The translations under genes were made by a program, and so were the position numbers. A stretch of 64,000 nucleotides of DNA from Octopus vulgaris (lineage: Eukaryota). Under the pieces are notes generated by a model that saw nothing but the letters and a program-made list of their open reading frames with translations, was not told the origin of the DNA and searched no databases. Positions 10,541-22,110 of this stretch are shown in pieces; position 1 is the stretch's first letter, and every line of letters begins with the position of its first letter. The DNA is taken from NCBI GenBank assembly GCA_951406725.2, contig OX597836.1:45198001-45262000 (forward strand). Reading direction: 5' to 3'.

Positions 10541-10690
10541 GTCAAGATATCCAACCCAAGAGGGATCTAACACGTTTTGTAAAATGGCCCCGTTACGTGA
10601 AGATCCAAAGGCAAAGGGCCGTTCTCTATAAACGCCTCAAAGTTCCACCACCAATCAATCAGTTCAGGCAGAATCTTAGCAAAGATTTAG
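10541..10690 (+). CDS. RPL7A: RPL7A exon 3
   Basis: ttttttccAG / GTAAGT; 150 nt, phase 1-1. Translates (G)[49 protein letters not shown]. Confidence 0.97.
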
Positions 10691-10777
10691 GTAAGTCCAG
10701 TTTTCTTTTGATTTGCCAAGATATAATGGCTATGTTGAGAATTTATATAGGCAACTCTTGATTATGTAATAGGTATT

Positions 10778-11462
10778 TTGGTATTCTTTCGATATGACTT
10801 GACAAAACCAAAGCACTTCAATTCAGCTGTTTCTCTGGAAGCACCTGGGGACTGATCCCGGAACCACGTGATTGGGAAGCAAGCTTCTTACCACAGAGCC
10901 ACGTGACTGTCAGTTGACGAAATGGGAGGAGGAGTAGAAGAAAGCGCTTGGGTTGTATGTCATTGCTTGTTCGCTTGCATACTTGTTCTTGTCTGTGTGC
11001 GTGTGTGCTTATCTATCTGTGCCTGTTCTGTTTTTATGTATTTATGAGTTGTGGAATATAGCTATACCGAAATTATGCCAGCAATGTCTCATTTTAATCT
11101 TGAAGAAAAAATGCCTTCCATATTTGTTCCTACCTGCTTCACGCCAAGCAGAAATATTGCAACATGCATGGAGAGAAGGAGGAACTACACAATGTATTTT
11201 ATGAATTTCATAAAAAAACATTCTTTGGGTTTAAATTAGTATAAAACTGCCTTCGTTATATCTATATTCCACAACACAAATACATAAAAACAGAACAAGC
11301 ATGCACACACAGAGAAAAGAACGTGCGGATAAGCACGCATGCATGTACAACCTATTGGCGTTCTTTTCCCATTTTGTCATCTGACATTTGACACGTGCTT
11401 CCATGGAAGCAGCCGAATTGAAGTGTTATTTGTCGAGTCATATCAAAAGAATACTGGTATTT
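10778..11462. mobile_element. MITE with ~65-bp imperfect TIRs
   Basis: gtattctttcgatatgacttgacaaa..cacttcaattc.. versus ..gaattgaagtgttatttgtcgagtcatatcaaaagaatac. The right part is duplicated at ~11868-12101. A related element at 57604-57891 shares the internal gaaattatgccagcaatgtctcattt. Confidence 0.68.
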
Positions 11463-11656
11463 TTTGAAAAGGAATTTAAAAATTGTCCACTGATTAGAGA
11501 GGGGTTGAAATAGTAGCTATTACTGGTTACCTAATGAAACTAGTCTAAATTCATGATTATTATAGAATCTAATTGAAACTCGTGAGGGGTGTATTTTGGT
11601 CAGAAATATGGTAACGAGAGGGTTAACTATAGGATGAGATAAGTGATGTTAAGACT

Positions 11657-11734
11657 TGGATAATGATGAAGTAAACTTGTCAGATTCCTGCCTGGTGATA
11701 ATCTAATCACTACCAACCGAGATCTCTGAGTCCA
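11657..11734 (+). ncRNA. SNORD24: Box C/D snoRNA, U24/SNORD24-like, D-guide type, copy 1
   Basis: tggat-a-ATGATGA ... ACTACCAACCGAGATCT-CTGA-gtcca. The guide pairs LSU AGAUCUUGGUGGUAGU with one G-U and one bulge; D+5 gives the human Cm2338 / yeast Cm1437 equivalent. Confidence 0.82.
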
Positions 11735-12541
11735 GTTTTAACTCTATTATGAATGATGAGCTTTGTTATAGTAACTTAGTAGATATTTTAAAAGTTTATT
11801 GTTAATGTATAACTCTTTTTGGTACCAACTTACCATATTTATGTATATATGTATGTATATATATACACACAGAACAAGCATGCACACACAGAGAAAAGAA
11901 CGTGCGAATAAGCACGCACGCATGTACAACCGATTGGCGTTCTTTTCCCATTTTGTCAACTGACATTTGACACGTGCTTCCATGGAAGCAGCCGAATTGA
12001 AGTGTTATTTGTTGAGTCATATCAAAAGAATACTGGCATTTTTTGAAAAGGAATTTAAAAATTGTCCACTGATTAGAGAAAGGTTGAAATAGTAGCTATT
12101 ATTTGTGTACCTGCTTTTGTCCCCATGCTGCAACTGAGTGCTCTTATACTACTGTACCCGACTGACCATACCGTGGTATATGACTTACAGCCAATGCAGT
12201 ACCAAGCATGATCAAGGTGAACTGGAAGAAATTATTAGGATTGTACAATTGTATAAAACCGTAGTGTCTACATTGACAATCATGTACAAGTGTATTTACC
12301 ATAGAATGTTTATAGCAGTGTTTCTCAACCTTTTTTACCCTTGCGTGACCCTTAAAATAAATTACATGCCTCAAGGAACCCCTGCATAAAAAAGAAAAAT
12401 TATATACCATATTTTTCTCATTTTTTCACTGTAGTATATTTTGATTATATATATATATATATATGTATATGTGTATATATATATATATATGTATTATATA
12501 TGTATGTATGTAAAGTTAGTTATTTAATGAAACTAGTTTAA

Positions 12542-15500
12542 CCCTTTCGTTACTATATTTCTGACCAAAATACACCACTCATGAGTTTCAATTAAATCCT
12601 AAAATAATCATGAATTTAGGCTTGTTTCATTAAATAACTAACTTTTTTACTTATCAACATACTGTGATATTTGGAACATAATTAAAGAAAGGGTTCTTAA
12701 TCAATTCTATTGCATAACTTTTGTCTCAAAGTGACTTTAATTACAGGTAAATCCAGGTAAATTGAGCAAAAGGTAAAAATATTAAAATTTTAAATTGAGC
12801 AAAAGGTAAAAAATTAAAATTTTGTTTAAACATCACCATAGAAAATGAATCATCAGCTAATATTCAAATGGGTATGCGACATAATTTTGATAAAGAAGAA
12901 TTGTGCACATCACTATATCATCAGTTGAATTTAATGCACAACAGGTGTACCATAAAGGTGGAATAAAGTGAAATAGTGGAATCCACCGTAAGTTTGACCG
13001 AACTAAAGAAATCGGTCGGAAAATAATATACGACCCTGGTTATGGTATGGAAGTGATAAATTCCAGACCACATCGTACCCTAAGCCATGCTGACTAACAT
13101 TAGTTTTCCCTGTATAAAAACTAAATCCACGCAGTACCCAGTATTTGCTTCACAAATTTCCCAAACTTTGAACCACGATTTTGGGTTTGGTTACGTTCTG
13201 CGTAAGTTTGTTTCCGAAGTGATCGCTTCAAACAATAACTTCCAGACCACATCGTACCCTAAGCCATGCTGACTAACATTATTTTCCCTGTATAAAAACT
13301 AAATCCACGCAGTACCCAGTATTTGCTTCACAAATTTCCCAAACTTTGAACCCCGATTTTGGGTTTGTTTACGTTCTGCGTAAGTTTGTTTCCGAAGTGA
13401 TCGCTTCAAACAATAACTTCCAGACCACATCGTACCCTAAGCCATGCTGACTAACATTATTTTCCCTGTATAAAAACTAAATCCACGCAGTACCCAGTAT
13501 TTGCTTCACAAATTTCCCAAACTTTGAACCCCGATTTTGGGTTTGTTTACGTTCTGCGTAAGTTTGTTTCCGAAGTGATCGCTTCAAACAATAACTTCCA
13601 GACCACATCGTACCCTAAGCCATGCTGACTAACATTATTTTCCCTGTATAAAAACTAAATCCACGCAGTACCCAGTATTTGCTTCACAAATTTCCCAAAC
13701 TTTGAACCCCGATTTTGGGTTTGTTTACGTTCTGCGTAAGTTTGTTTCCGAAGTGATCGCTTCAAACAATAACTTCCAGACCACATCGTACCCTAAGCCA
13801 TGCTGACTAACATTATTTTTCCCTGTATAAAAACTAAATCCACGCAGTACCCAGTATTTGCTTCACAAATTTCCCAAACTTTGAACCCCGATTTTGGGTT
13901 TGGTTTACGTTCTGCGTAAGTTTGTTTCCGAAGTGATCGCTTCAAACAATAACTTCCAGACCACATCGTACCCTAAGCCATGCTGACTAACATTATTTTC
14001 CCTGTATAAAAACTAAATCCACGCAGTACCCAGTATTTGCTTCACAAATTTCCCAAACTTTGAACCCCAATTTTGGGTTTGTTTACGTTCTGCGTAAGTT
14101 TGTTTCCGAAGTGATCGCTTCAAACAATAACTTCCAGACCACATCGTACCCTAAGCCATGCTGACTAACATTATTTTCCCTGTATAAAAACTAAATCCAC
14201 GCAGTACCCAGTATTTGCTTCACAAATTTCCCAAACTTTGAACCCCGATTTTGGGTTTGTTTACGTTCTGCGTAAGTTTGTTTCCGAAGTGATCGCTTCA
14301 AACAATAACTTCCAGACCACATCGTACCCTAAGCCATGCTGACTAACATTATTTTCCCTGTATAAAAACTAAATCCACGCAGTACCCAGTATTTGCTTCA
14401 CAAATTTCCCAAACTTTGAACCCCGATTTTGGGTTTGTTTACGTTCTGCGTAAGTTTGTTTCCGAAGTGATCGCTTCAAACAATAACTTCCAGACCACAT
14501 CGTACCCTAAGCCATGCTGACTAACATTATTTTTCCCTGTATAAAAACTAAATCCACGCAGTACCCAGTATTTGCTTCACAAATTTCCCAAACTTTGAAC
14601 CCCAATTTTGGGTTTGTTTACGTTCTGCGTAAGTTTGTTTCCGAAGTGATCGCTTCAAACAATAACTTCCAGACCACATCGTACCCTAAGCCATGCTGAC
14701 TAACATTATTTTCCCTGTATAAAAACTAAATCCACGCAGTACCCAGTATTTGCTTCACAAATTTCCCAAACTTTGAACCCCGATTTTGGGTTTGTTTACG
14801 TTCTGCGTAAGTTTGTTTCCGAAGTGATCGCTTCAAACAATAACTTCCAGACCACATCGTACCCTAAGCCATGCTGACTAACATTATTTTCCCTGTATAA
14901 AAACTAAATCCACGCAGTACCCAGTATTTGCTTCACAAATTTCCCAAACTTTGAACCCCGATTTTGGGTTTGTTTACGTTCTGCGTAAGTTTGTTTCCGA
15001 AGTGATCGCTTCAAACAATAACTTCCAGACCACATCGTACCCTAAGCCATGCTGACTAACATTATTTTTCCCTGTATAAAAACTAAATCCACGCAGTACC
15101 CAGTATTTGCTTCACAAATTTCCCAAACTTTGAACCCCGATTTTGGGTTTGTTTACGTTCTGCGTAAGTTTGTTTCCGAAGTGATCGCTTCAAACAATAA
15201 CTTCCAGACCACATCGTACCCTAAGCCATGCTGACTAACATTATTTTCCCTGTATAAAAACTAAATCCACGCAGTACCCAGTATTTGCTTCACAAATTTC
15301 CCAAACTTTGAACCCCGATTTTGGGTTTGTTTACGTTCTGCGTAAGTTTGTTTCCGAAGTGATCGCTTCAAACAATAACTTCCAGACCACATCGTACCCT
15401 AAGCCATGCTGACTAACATTATTTTCCCTGTATAAAAACTAAATCCACGCAGTACCCAGTATTTGCTTCACAAATTTCCCAAACTTTGAACCCCGATTTT

Positions 15501-16650
15501 GGGTTTGTTTACGTTCTGCGTAAGTTTGTTTCCGAAGTGATCGCTTCAAACAATAACTTCCAGACCACATCGTACCCTAAGCCATGTTGACTAACATTAT
15601 TTTCCCTGTATAAAAACTAAATCCACGCAGTACCCAGTATTTGCTTCACAAATTTCCCAAACTTTGAACCCCGATTTTGGGTTTGTTTACGTTCTGCGTA
15701 AGTTTGTTTCCGAAGTGATCGCTTCAAACAATAACTTCCAGACCACATCGTACCCTAAGCCATGTTGACTAACATTATTTTTCCTGTATAAAAACTAAAT
15801 CCACGCAGTACCCAGTATTTGCTTCACAAATTTCCCAAACTTTGAACCCCGATTTTGGGTTTGTTAACGTTCTGCGTAAGTTTGTTTCCGAAGTGATCGC
15901 TTCAAACAATAACTTCCAGACCACATCGTACCCTAAGCCATGCTGACTAACATTATTTTTCCCTGTATAAAAACTAAATCCACGCAGTACCCAGTATTTG
16001 CTTCACAAATTTCCCAAACTTTGAACCCCGTTTTGGGTTTGTTTACATTCTGCGTAAGTTTGTTTCTGAAGTGATCGCTTCAAACTAGCATACTGAAAAA
16101 AATAAAAGTCTAATGGTTTCACTTCCTAAGAAAGGCTATGGATAAACTTTATCTCCTCAGAAAAATTGCTAATAAAAGCATTTTAAAAGTTTTTTTACTT
16201 CATTCCGATGTAAAATCGCCTTCGCTGCATTGTCTCTTCGGAAGGCGCTGCTTTCATTTTCGGATAAAAAAATATTCATTATTTTGTTCACCACGTGCTT
16301 TAGTACCTATTTCATTCTTTTTCTTGATATCTCCCTATTTTCCGTTGACAAAGCTTTAAATTCAGAATCAATGCTTGATAACATGAAACTCCTATCCATT
16401 TTCAAAGTTGAAGAAAAATCGATGCCGAAAAACATGTGGAAAAAAATCTCCCAAAATTCACTGAGTTGAGATATCACTTCAAGCAATGTCGGATACTATA
16501 ACTTAACTATTTACAATGTCAAATCACATGCTTTAACGAATGTACCAACGAGATTTGGGTTCAAATTTACATTTAAATAACAATAGGTCCTCACGGCCGG
16601 GTTGGTATTATGGACCAAAAAATTTTTCGGCCGGCTTAGTAACGAAAGGG
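12542..16650 (-). mobile_element. Internally deleted piggyBac element
   Basis: Perfect 14-bp TIRs CCCTTTCGTTACTA / TAGTAACGAAAGGG with TTAA on both sides. Removing it restores a sequence matching the paralogous empty site at about 11532-11565. The minus strand has frameshifted piggyBac transposase motifs: FEAITSETN, GFKVWEICEANTGYC, YTGK, GLGYDVVW, YHNQGRILFSDRF. Confidence 0.88.
13061..16085. repeat. Tandem array of 17 near-identical 178-180 bp units
   Basis: Unit starts (TTCCAGACCACATCG) at 13061, 13240, 13418, 13596, 13774, 13954, 14132, 14310, 14488, 14667, 14845, 15023, 15202, 15380, 15558, 15736 and 15914. Units differ by a few substitutions and homopolymer indels. Confidence 0.97.
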
Positions 16651-16764
16651 TTAAATTAATGATTATTATAGAATTTAATTGAAACTCATGAGGGGTGTGT
16701 ATTTTTGTCAAAAATATAGTAACGAGAGGGTTAACTGTAGGATGAGATAAGTGATGTTAAGACT

Positions 16765-16842
16765 TGGATAATGATGAAGTAAACCTGTCAGATCCCTGCA
16801 TGGTGATAATCTAATCACTACCAACCGAGATCTCTGAGTCCA
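16765..16842 (+). ncRNA. SNORD24: Box C/D snoRNA, U24-like D-guide type, copy 2 (inside hAT element)
   Basis: Near-identical to 11657-11734; boxes, guide and stem intact. Confidence 0.82.
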
Positions 16843-17304
16843 GTTTTAACTGTATTAGGAATGAGGAGCTTTGTTATAGTAATTTAGTAGATATTTTAAA
16901 AGTTTATTGTTAATGTATAACTCTTTTTGGTACCAACTTACCTGAGATATATGTATATATATGTATGTGTTGTCCATAAATTACAGACATCACTAAATAT
17001 ATCCCCAATGATTGTTATATTTTTTGTTAACATAGGTTAGCTAGGATGATGTCTATATTACAATAGCCAATAACATGTTGTGCATGTATAGTAATATTAC
17101 GATCATGAAATTAATATTAGCTTATCTCACTCTTTCTCACGGAACCCTGGGAACCTCAGAAACCCTGGTTGAGAAATGCTGGTTTATAGTTTTGTATTTG
17201 TTAGTAAATACACAATCCTGTAATTGAATCCGACCAGAATTTAATTAGGTTGTATTTTAGTGCAATTACTTAAATGTATTGTTTTTTTTTGTTTCAAATT
17301 GCAG

Positions 17305-17525
17305 CAACTCAGACGTTTAAACTTCTGGACAAATATCGTCCAGAGACCAGGCATCAGAAAAAAGCACGTTTAAGGGCCCGTGCTGAGAAACGAGCTGCAG
17401 GTAAAGCAGACACACCAACAAAACGCCCCCCTGTTGTTAGGTCTGGAGCCAATACTGTGACCTCCCTTATAGAACAGAAAGCAGCCCAATTAGTTGTCAT
17501 TGCTCATGATGTTGATCCCATTGAG
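17305..17525 (+). CDS. RPL7A: RPL7A exon 4
   Basis: ttgcAG / GTAGGT; 221 nt, phase 1-0. Translates (A)[73 protein letters not shown], including the L7Ae motif [12 protein letters not shown]. Confidence 0.97.
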
Positions 17526-17752
17526 GTAGGTATTTACCCTAAGTGCATTGGATCTCTCTCTCTTTTACTTGTTTCAGTCGTTTGACTGCAGCCATGCTGG
17601 AGCACCGCCTTTAGTCAAGCAACTTGACCCCGACTTATTCTTTGTAAGCCTAGTACTTATTTGTATCGGTCTCTTTTGCCGAACTGCTAAGTGACGGAGA
17701 CATAAACACACCAGCATCGGTTGTCAAGCAATGTTGGGGGGACAAACACACA

Positions 17753-17796
<44 letters not shown>

Positions 17797-17863
17797 CATA
17801 TTTTGGTCAGAAATATGGTAACGAGAGGGTTAACTATAGGATGAGATAGGTGATGTTAAGACT

Positions 17864-17941
17864 TGGATAATGATGAAGTAAACCTGTCAGATCCCTGCAT
17901 GGTGATAATCTAATCACTACCAACCGAGATCTCTGAGTCCA
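17864..17941 (+). ncRNA. SNORD24: Box C/D snoRNA, U24-like D-guide type, copy 3 (intron 4)
   Basis: Identical in boxes and guide to 16765-16842. Confidence 0.82.
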
Positions 17942-19300
17942 GTTTTAACTGTATTAGGAATGATGAGCTTTGTTATAGTAACTTAGTAGATATTTTAAAA
18001 GTTTATTGTTAATGTGATACCAACTTACTTGAGATAGCTTCTATATAAATTTTCTGTTTAAAAGCGATATAAATTAAAATTTTTTAAAGTGTTAGTTTAT
18101 ATTCCAAACATTAGCTTAATAATTTCAATAAATTTGTTATTATTTTCTCAAACATTTCACGTGGAAAACACTAACATAACAGAGAGCATGATTTTTAATT
18201 AGCTGATGATGGTAATGATGAAATATATTGGGGGGATTAGATTCACACATTTTCAATGCTACTTTTAATTATTTGAATTACTCCTGTATATAAATCTACA
18301 CACATTAATTGAATTGCTCTTGTATGTACTCCAGTACAGGCTTTTACCATTTTCCTAAATATGGTTGGTGTCGAGTTATTTCCCTTTTAACCAGTTTGAA
18401 TTTGCTCTTATCTGAACCCATAGTTTAAAATTTTGCAAATAAAACAAAGAATGTTTGATCCCTTATAAAAAGTGAGCAAGTACCCCCTCATTACATGTAT
18501 CTTTGGTAATGTAATGTTGGCTAAATCATAGTTGGAATCCCTTTGTTGGTTGGTGCTTTCAACCTGGGTTCACCTTTGGCTACAAACTACAGCCCAACGT
18601 TTCAATTTCATAAAAACATTTACAAAAAAGACATTGTAAAATGAGGTCAACATGGGAATGAATTTACTTTGCAGATGTTGCAAATGATTGAATTATGCAC
18701 CAATTGTCTTGTCAGTAAATCTGTCTCTCTCTCTCCCCCTCTCCTGCGGAGGGGACCAGTCGATTAGATCAGCCCCAGTACGCAACTGGTCCTTAATTTA
18801 TCGACCCCAAAAAGTTGAAAGGCAAAGTCGACCTATATATATATATATATATATACATATATATATGTATATATACACATATATCTCGTTGCTGTCATAT
18901 GTCCCAAATTTGGCCAAATGTTTTTTTTTTTTAAATATTTAATTTTGCTTGGTCAAACTATTGTATCTCCAGCGCTGTTTCAGTTGAAAATTGCCAGTGT
19001 AGTACAACAGTTTAATATTTTTCAAAAGTGTAGTAAGTCCTACATAAGACAGTTTTGCAAAAAATATTTTCTGACTGAAAATATACTCGCATAGTTACGA
19101 TTTTAAGCACCCAGCAAAGTATTTATGAAGGCTGAACCTGTTGCTAATGTAAAAAGAAATGGAACGGTGAAACTATTGTTTCGCTTCCTGAAAATGCAAT
19201 GTTTTGAACTTGTGACACGTTTGCATAATAATGATATACACACACACTAACAGTATTGTAACAGCAGTAAAGGAGTTTGAAGCTATGGATGTAAGCAAAT

Positions 19301-19376
19301 TGGACAGTGATGAAGACAATTTATCAGTTACATCTCCATGGTGATATTTTATTTACTACCGAGATCTCTGAGTCCA
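19301..19376 (+). ncRNA. SNORD24: Box C/D snoRNA, U24-like D-guide type, divergent copy 4
   Basis: Perfect tggac/gtcca stem, GTGATGA, guide ACTACCGAGATCT-CTGA pairing AGAUCUUGGUGGU over 13 nt with two G-U pairs. Confidence 0.87.
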
Positions 19377-20085
19377 GTCGTTTGTAATGATTTTTTTTTT
19401 TTTTTTAGGTTCATTTAAATAATTTTGTGTTTTCTTAGAATTAGGGTTTTATTTTGTAAAATGTCCAATGAATAATGGAGAAATAAAGCAAGAACTTGAT
19501 TACTTATACAGGTGGAGTAAGTGATGAGTGGAGGTGAGGAAGGAATTCAGTGAGATTGAGATAATTTGTGTTTCATATACATTGTCATTAACACCTGCCT
19601 TCCATGCTAGCATGGGTGGGACTACATATGTATACACACACACTTATAAATATTTTTTGTCTCCGTTAGCATACTTTGTCAACTCTATTTGTTTATGCCA
19701 TTATTATTAATTCATTTTCTTTACTATTTTTATTATAACTATTGTTAATGTCACCTTCAAAAAACACATTCAGATTTGAATGGTTTTATACACACACACA
19801 AACACACACCTACTCTACCGTTGGTTGAGTCAGTGACTTGTTTACTCCATGGGGGTCAATGAGTATCATAAAGAAATGTCAGAACACCAGATCTGTTAGA
19901 CAGAAGTGTTAAATAGAAACAGTTTCTCAGATACTGAAATCATTGTTGGTTCTTTTGAAATAGTATTTTTTGTGCGCTTGTGCTTGTGCATCGGACAAGT
20001 AATTATATAAAACAAAGTTTGAATAATTCTGGTTTAAATTCCCAGCATACTTTGGCTTCATTTTTACTCTGGGTATTATCAATAG

Positions 20086-20160
20086 GATCACAGTGATGCT
20101 TGAATTTCTTCAACTGAATTTTTGTAATTTTGAAGACAACTTGACAACTTCTGAGTGATC
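20086..20160 (+). ncRNA. SNORD36: Box C/D snoRNA, U36C/SNORD36-like
   Basis: Perfect gatcac/gtgatc stem, C box GTGATGC, guide TTGAATTTCTTCA + D' CTGA (20114), D CTGA (20151). Pairs LSU UGAAGAAAUUCAA; D'+5 gives the human Am3703 / yeast Am2220 equivalent. Confidence 0.86.
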
Positions 20161-20583
20161 ATTTCTAATTGTGTCCCCTTCCCTGGCATCCCCTGCTTTC
20201 CTTGTGACTTAACCCCTTACCCGGCAGAAACGAATATATGCGTTTTGACCGAAATCGTTTTTTTCTATCTCTGGTGAGTTAACTCGCCAAAATCAACAGC
20301 AAACGAGTTCCTTCGTCTAAAAACGGGTTAACTCGTTTCTGCCCAAAGCGGTAATTTAAAATCAATATTATTGAATTAAAATTAAATAAGGTTTGAAATA
20401 TACCTCGAAATCACCATTCAAAACAGTGAAATAAAACAATTAAAAAATATGTCTGAAAAATTACATTTATTTTCAAAATAATTGTTGGGTAAGGGGTTAA
20501 TTCCAAATCAGATCTTGTCCTTTTATATATCTGTACAATACTTAGTATGATTTAGTATTAAAAGTTTTCAACCCACTTTTCAG

Positions 20584-20714
20584 CTTGTACTCTTTATGCC
20601 TGCACTGTGTCGTAAAACTGATGTCCCCTATTGCATCGTAAAAGGAAAGGCTCGTCTTGGCAGAGTTGTCAACACAAAGACCTGCTCATGTCTGGCCATC
20701 ACCGACGTCTATCC
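20584..20714 (+). CDS. RPL7A: RPL7A exon 5
   Basis: cttttcAG / GTAAGT; 131 nt, phase 0-2. Translates [43 protein letters not shown](P). Confidence 0.96.
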
Positions 20715-22110
20715 GTAAGTATTACTCATTCCTCTTGTTTAATGTTAATTATATTTACATTTTAGAACAGTTTAATTAGTAAGTAAAAAATGTCAGACAA
20801 ACATTGTTAAATATGATAGAAAAAATTCTTGATATGTAATTTCCTTAATTTAGAGTAATATGGTTGACTTGGATCAGTGAATTGTACCAGTGAGAACTGG
20901 GATCAACTAATTGATCAATGTCAACTGTTGAGTAGAAGTATCAATATCGCCACAACAAAATCAACTGTTCAATGGGAATGGTTACCTATTTTCAATATTA
21001 ACCACATTTAAACCCATTCGTTATTTTATTTATTTTGAGATGCTCTTCAATTACTTTAAATATAACCAAGAATTTAGTAAAATAACTTGGTTATCATTCA
21101 GCTGGTGTTAGGAACATAAAATTGTGATTAAGGTTTGGGGGAAAATTTTAATTCAAAACTTATGAAAACATGATATTTGTAGCCAGAGCCGGTTTCAGTT
21201 GGGTTGGTAGTGAAAGTGTTAAGGTGGTGAGCAAAATTGCTAGCAGATTGGGTGAACTGCTTATCCTTATTTTGTTCATATTTGTTTTGAGTTCAAAAGA
21301 AATACCAGCTGAGCACTGGGTTGATATAATCAACCCCCAGAAATCTCCAAAGTTGCTGACATTGTGTCAAAATTTGAAACCAGTATTAAAGCTTAAACTT
21401 TACAACGCCATAATATTGCAGAGTAGATCCATGTGTTAGAGGATAACGTCTCTTCAGACATATCTCTGGATGTGAAAAATTATCCTCTGCTGGTTTTGAT
21501 AACAGCTGTTCCTGAACTATTTTCACATTGGATTACATCAGTGGTTGAATATACCTTTCAGCATTTAGATTTCTTGGTCTAACCTATTATTTATTCAAAT
21601 TGTTTTTGAGTTACACTCATTATCGTGTGTCTTCAAGATTTCAATGATGTGTTTGTATATTTTTAGAATGACTTTATACTGTAGATGTGAGAGGTTGGAT
21701 CTGGTGCTAGATTAAATGCTAAAGGGTTAATGAGGACAATTTCAGTTGTTTGATAAACTGAATTACCTGCTCATTGCGATTTGTCTGCATATACCACAAT
21801 CGCTTGCATGTATAATAATTGTAAAGCTACATTCAATAAGGCGAGACCATTGCATTATAGGCACAAGGCTTTCAGAATATCTGTAGGCGTGAGCACAGGT
21901 GGGGATTGAACCTAGGGCTTTATGGTTACATATATTTTCTAATCATTCAAAACAATTGTTTGTGAAGGGTGGAATTGATTTTATTAAATGTGGTTTTATA
22001 TAGTTATCTTCAAGATCACCTGTATAAGTGAATTACTGGAGAGAGAATGGTATAATCATTAACAAATGAGATTTGTTAATTATAATGGTTCTTGTATGTT
22101 AAAATTTCAG

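Larger units (their letters stand above)
12316..17181. mobile_element. hAT (Charlie-type) non-autonomous element with nested insertions
   Basis: TIRs CAGTGTTTCTCAACC (12316) and GGTTGAGAAATGCTG (ends 17181), 13/15 complementary. Perfect 8-bp TSD GTTTATAG at 12308-12315 and 17182-17189. Confidence 0.82.

Noticed and set aside
13061-16085. CRISPR-like array or repeated 61-aa ORFs (MLTNIIFPC...)
   Set aside because: The units are contiguous with no unique spacers, the context is eukaryotic, and the + strand ORFs are antisense to a broken transposase.
21438-21565. Hairpin agaggataa/ttatcctct with downstream ATAACA as a possible H/ACA RNA
   Set aside because: The H box is displaced, there is no terminal ACA, and the putative 3' end overlaps a MITE start.
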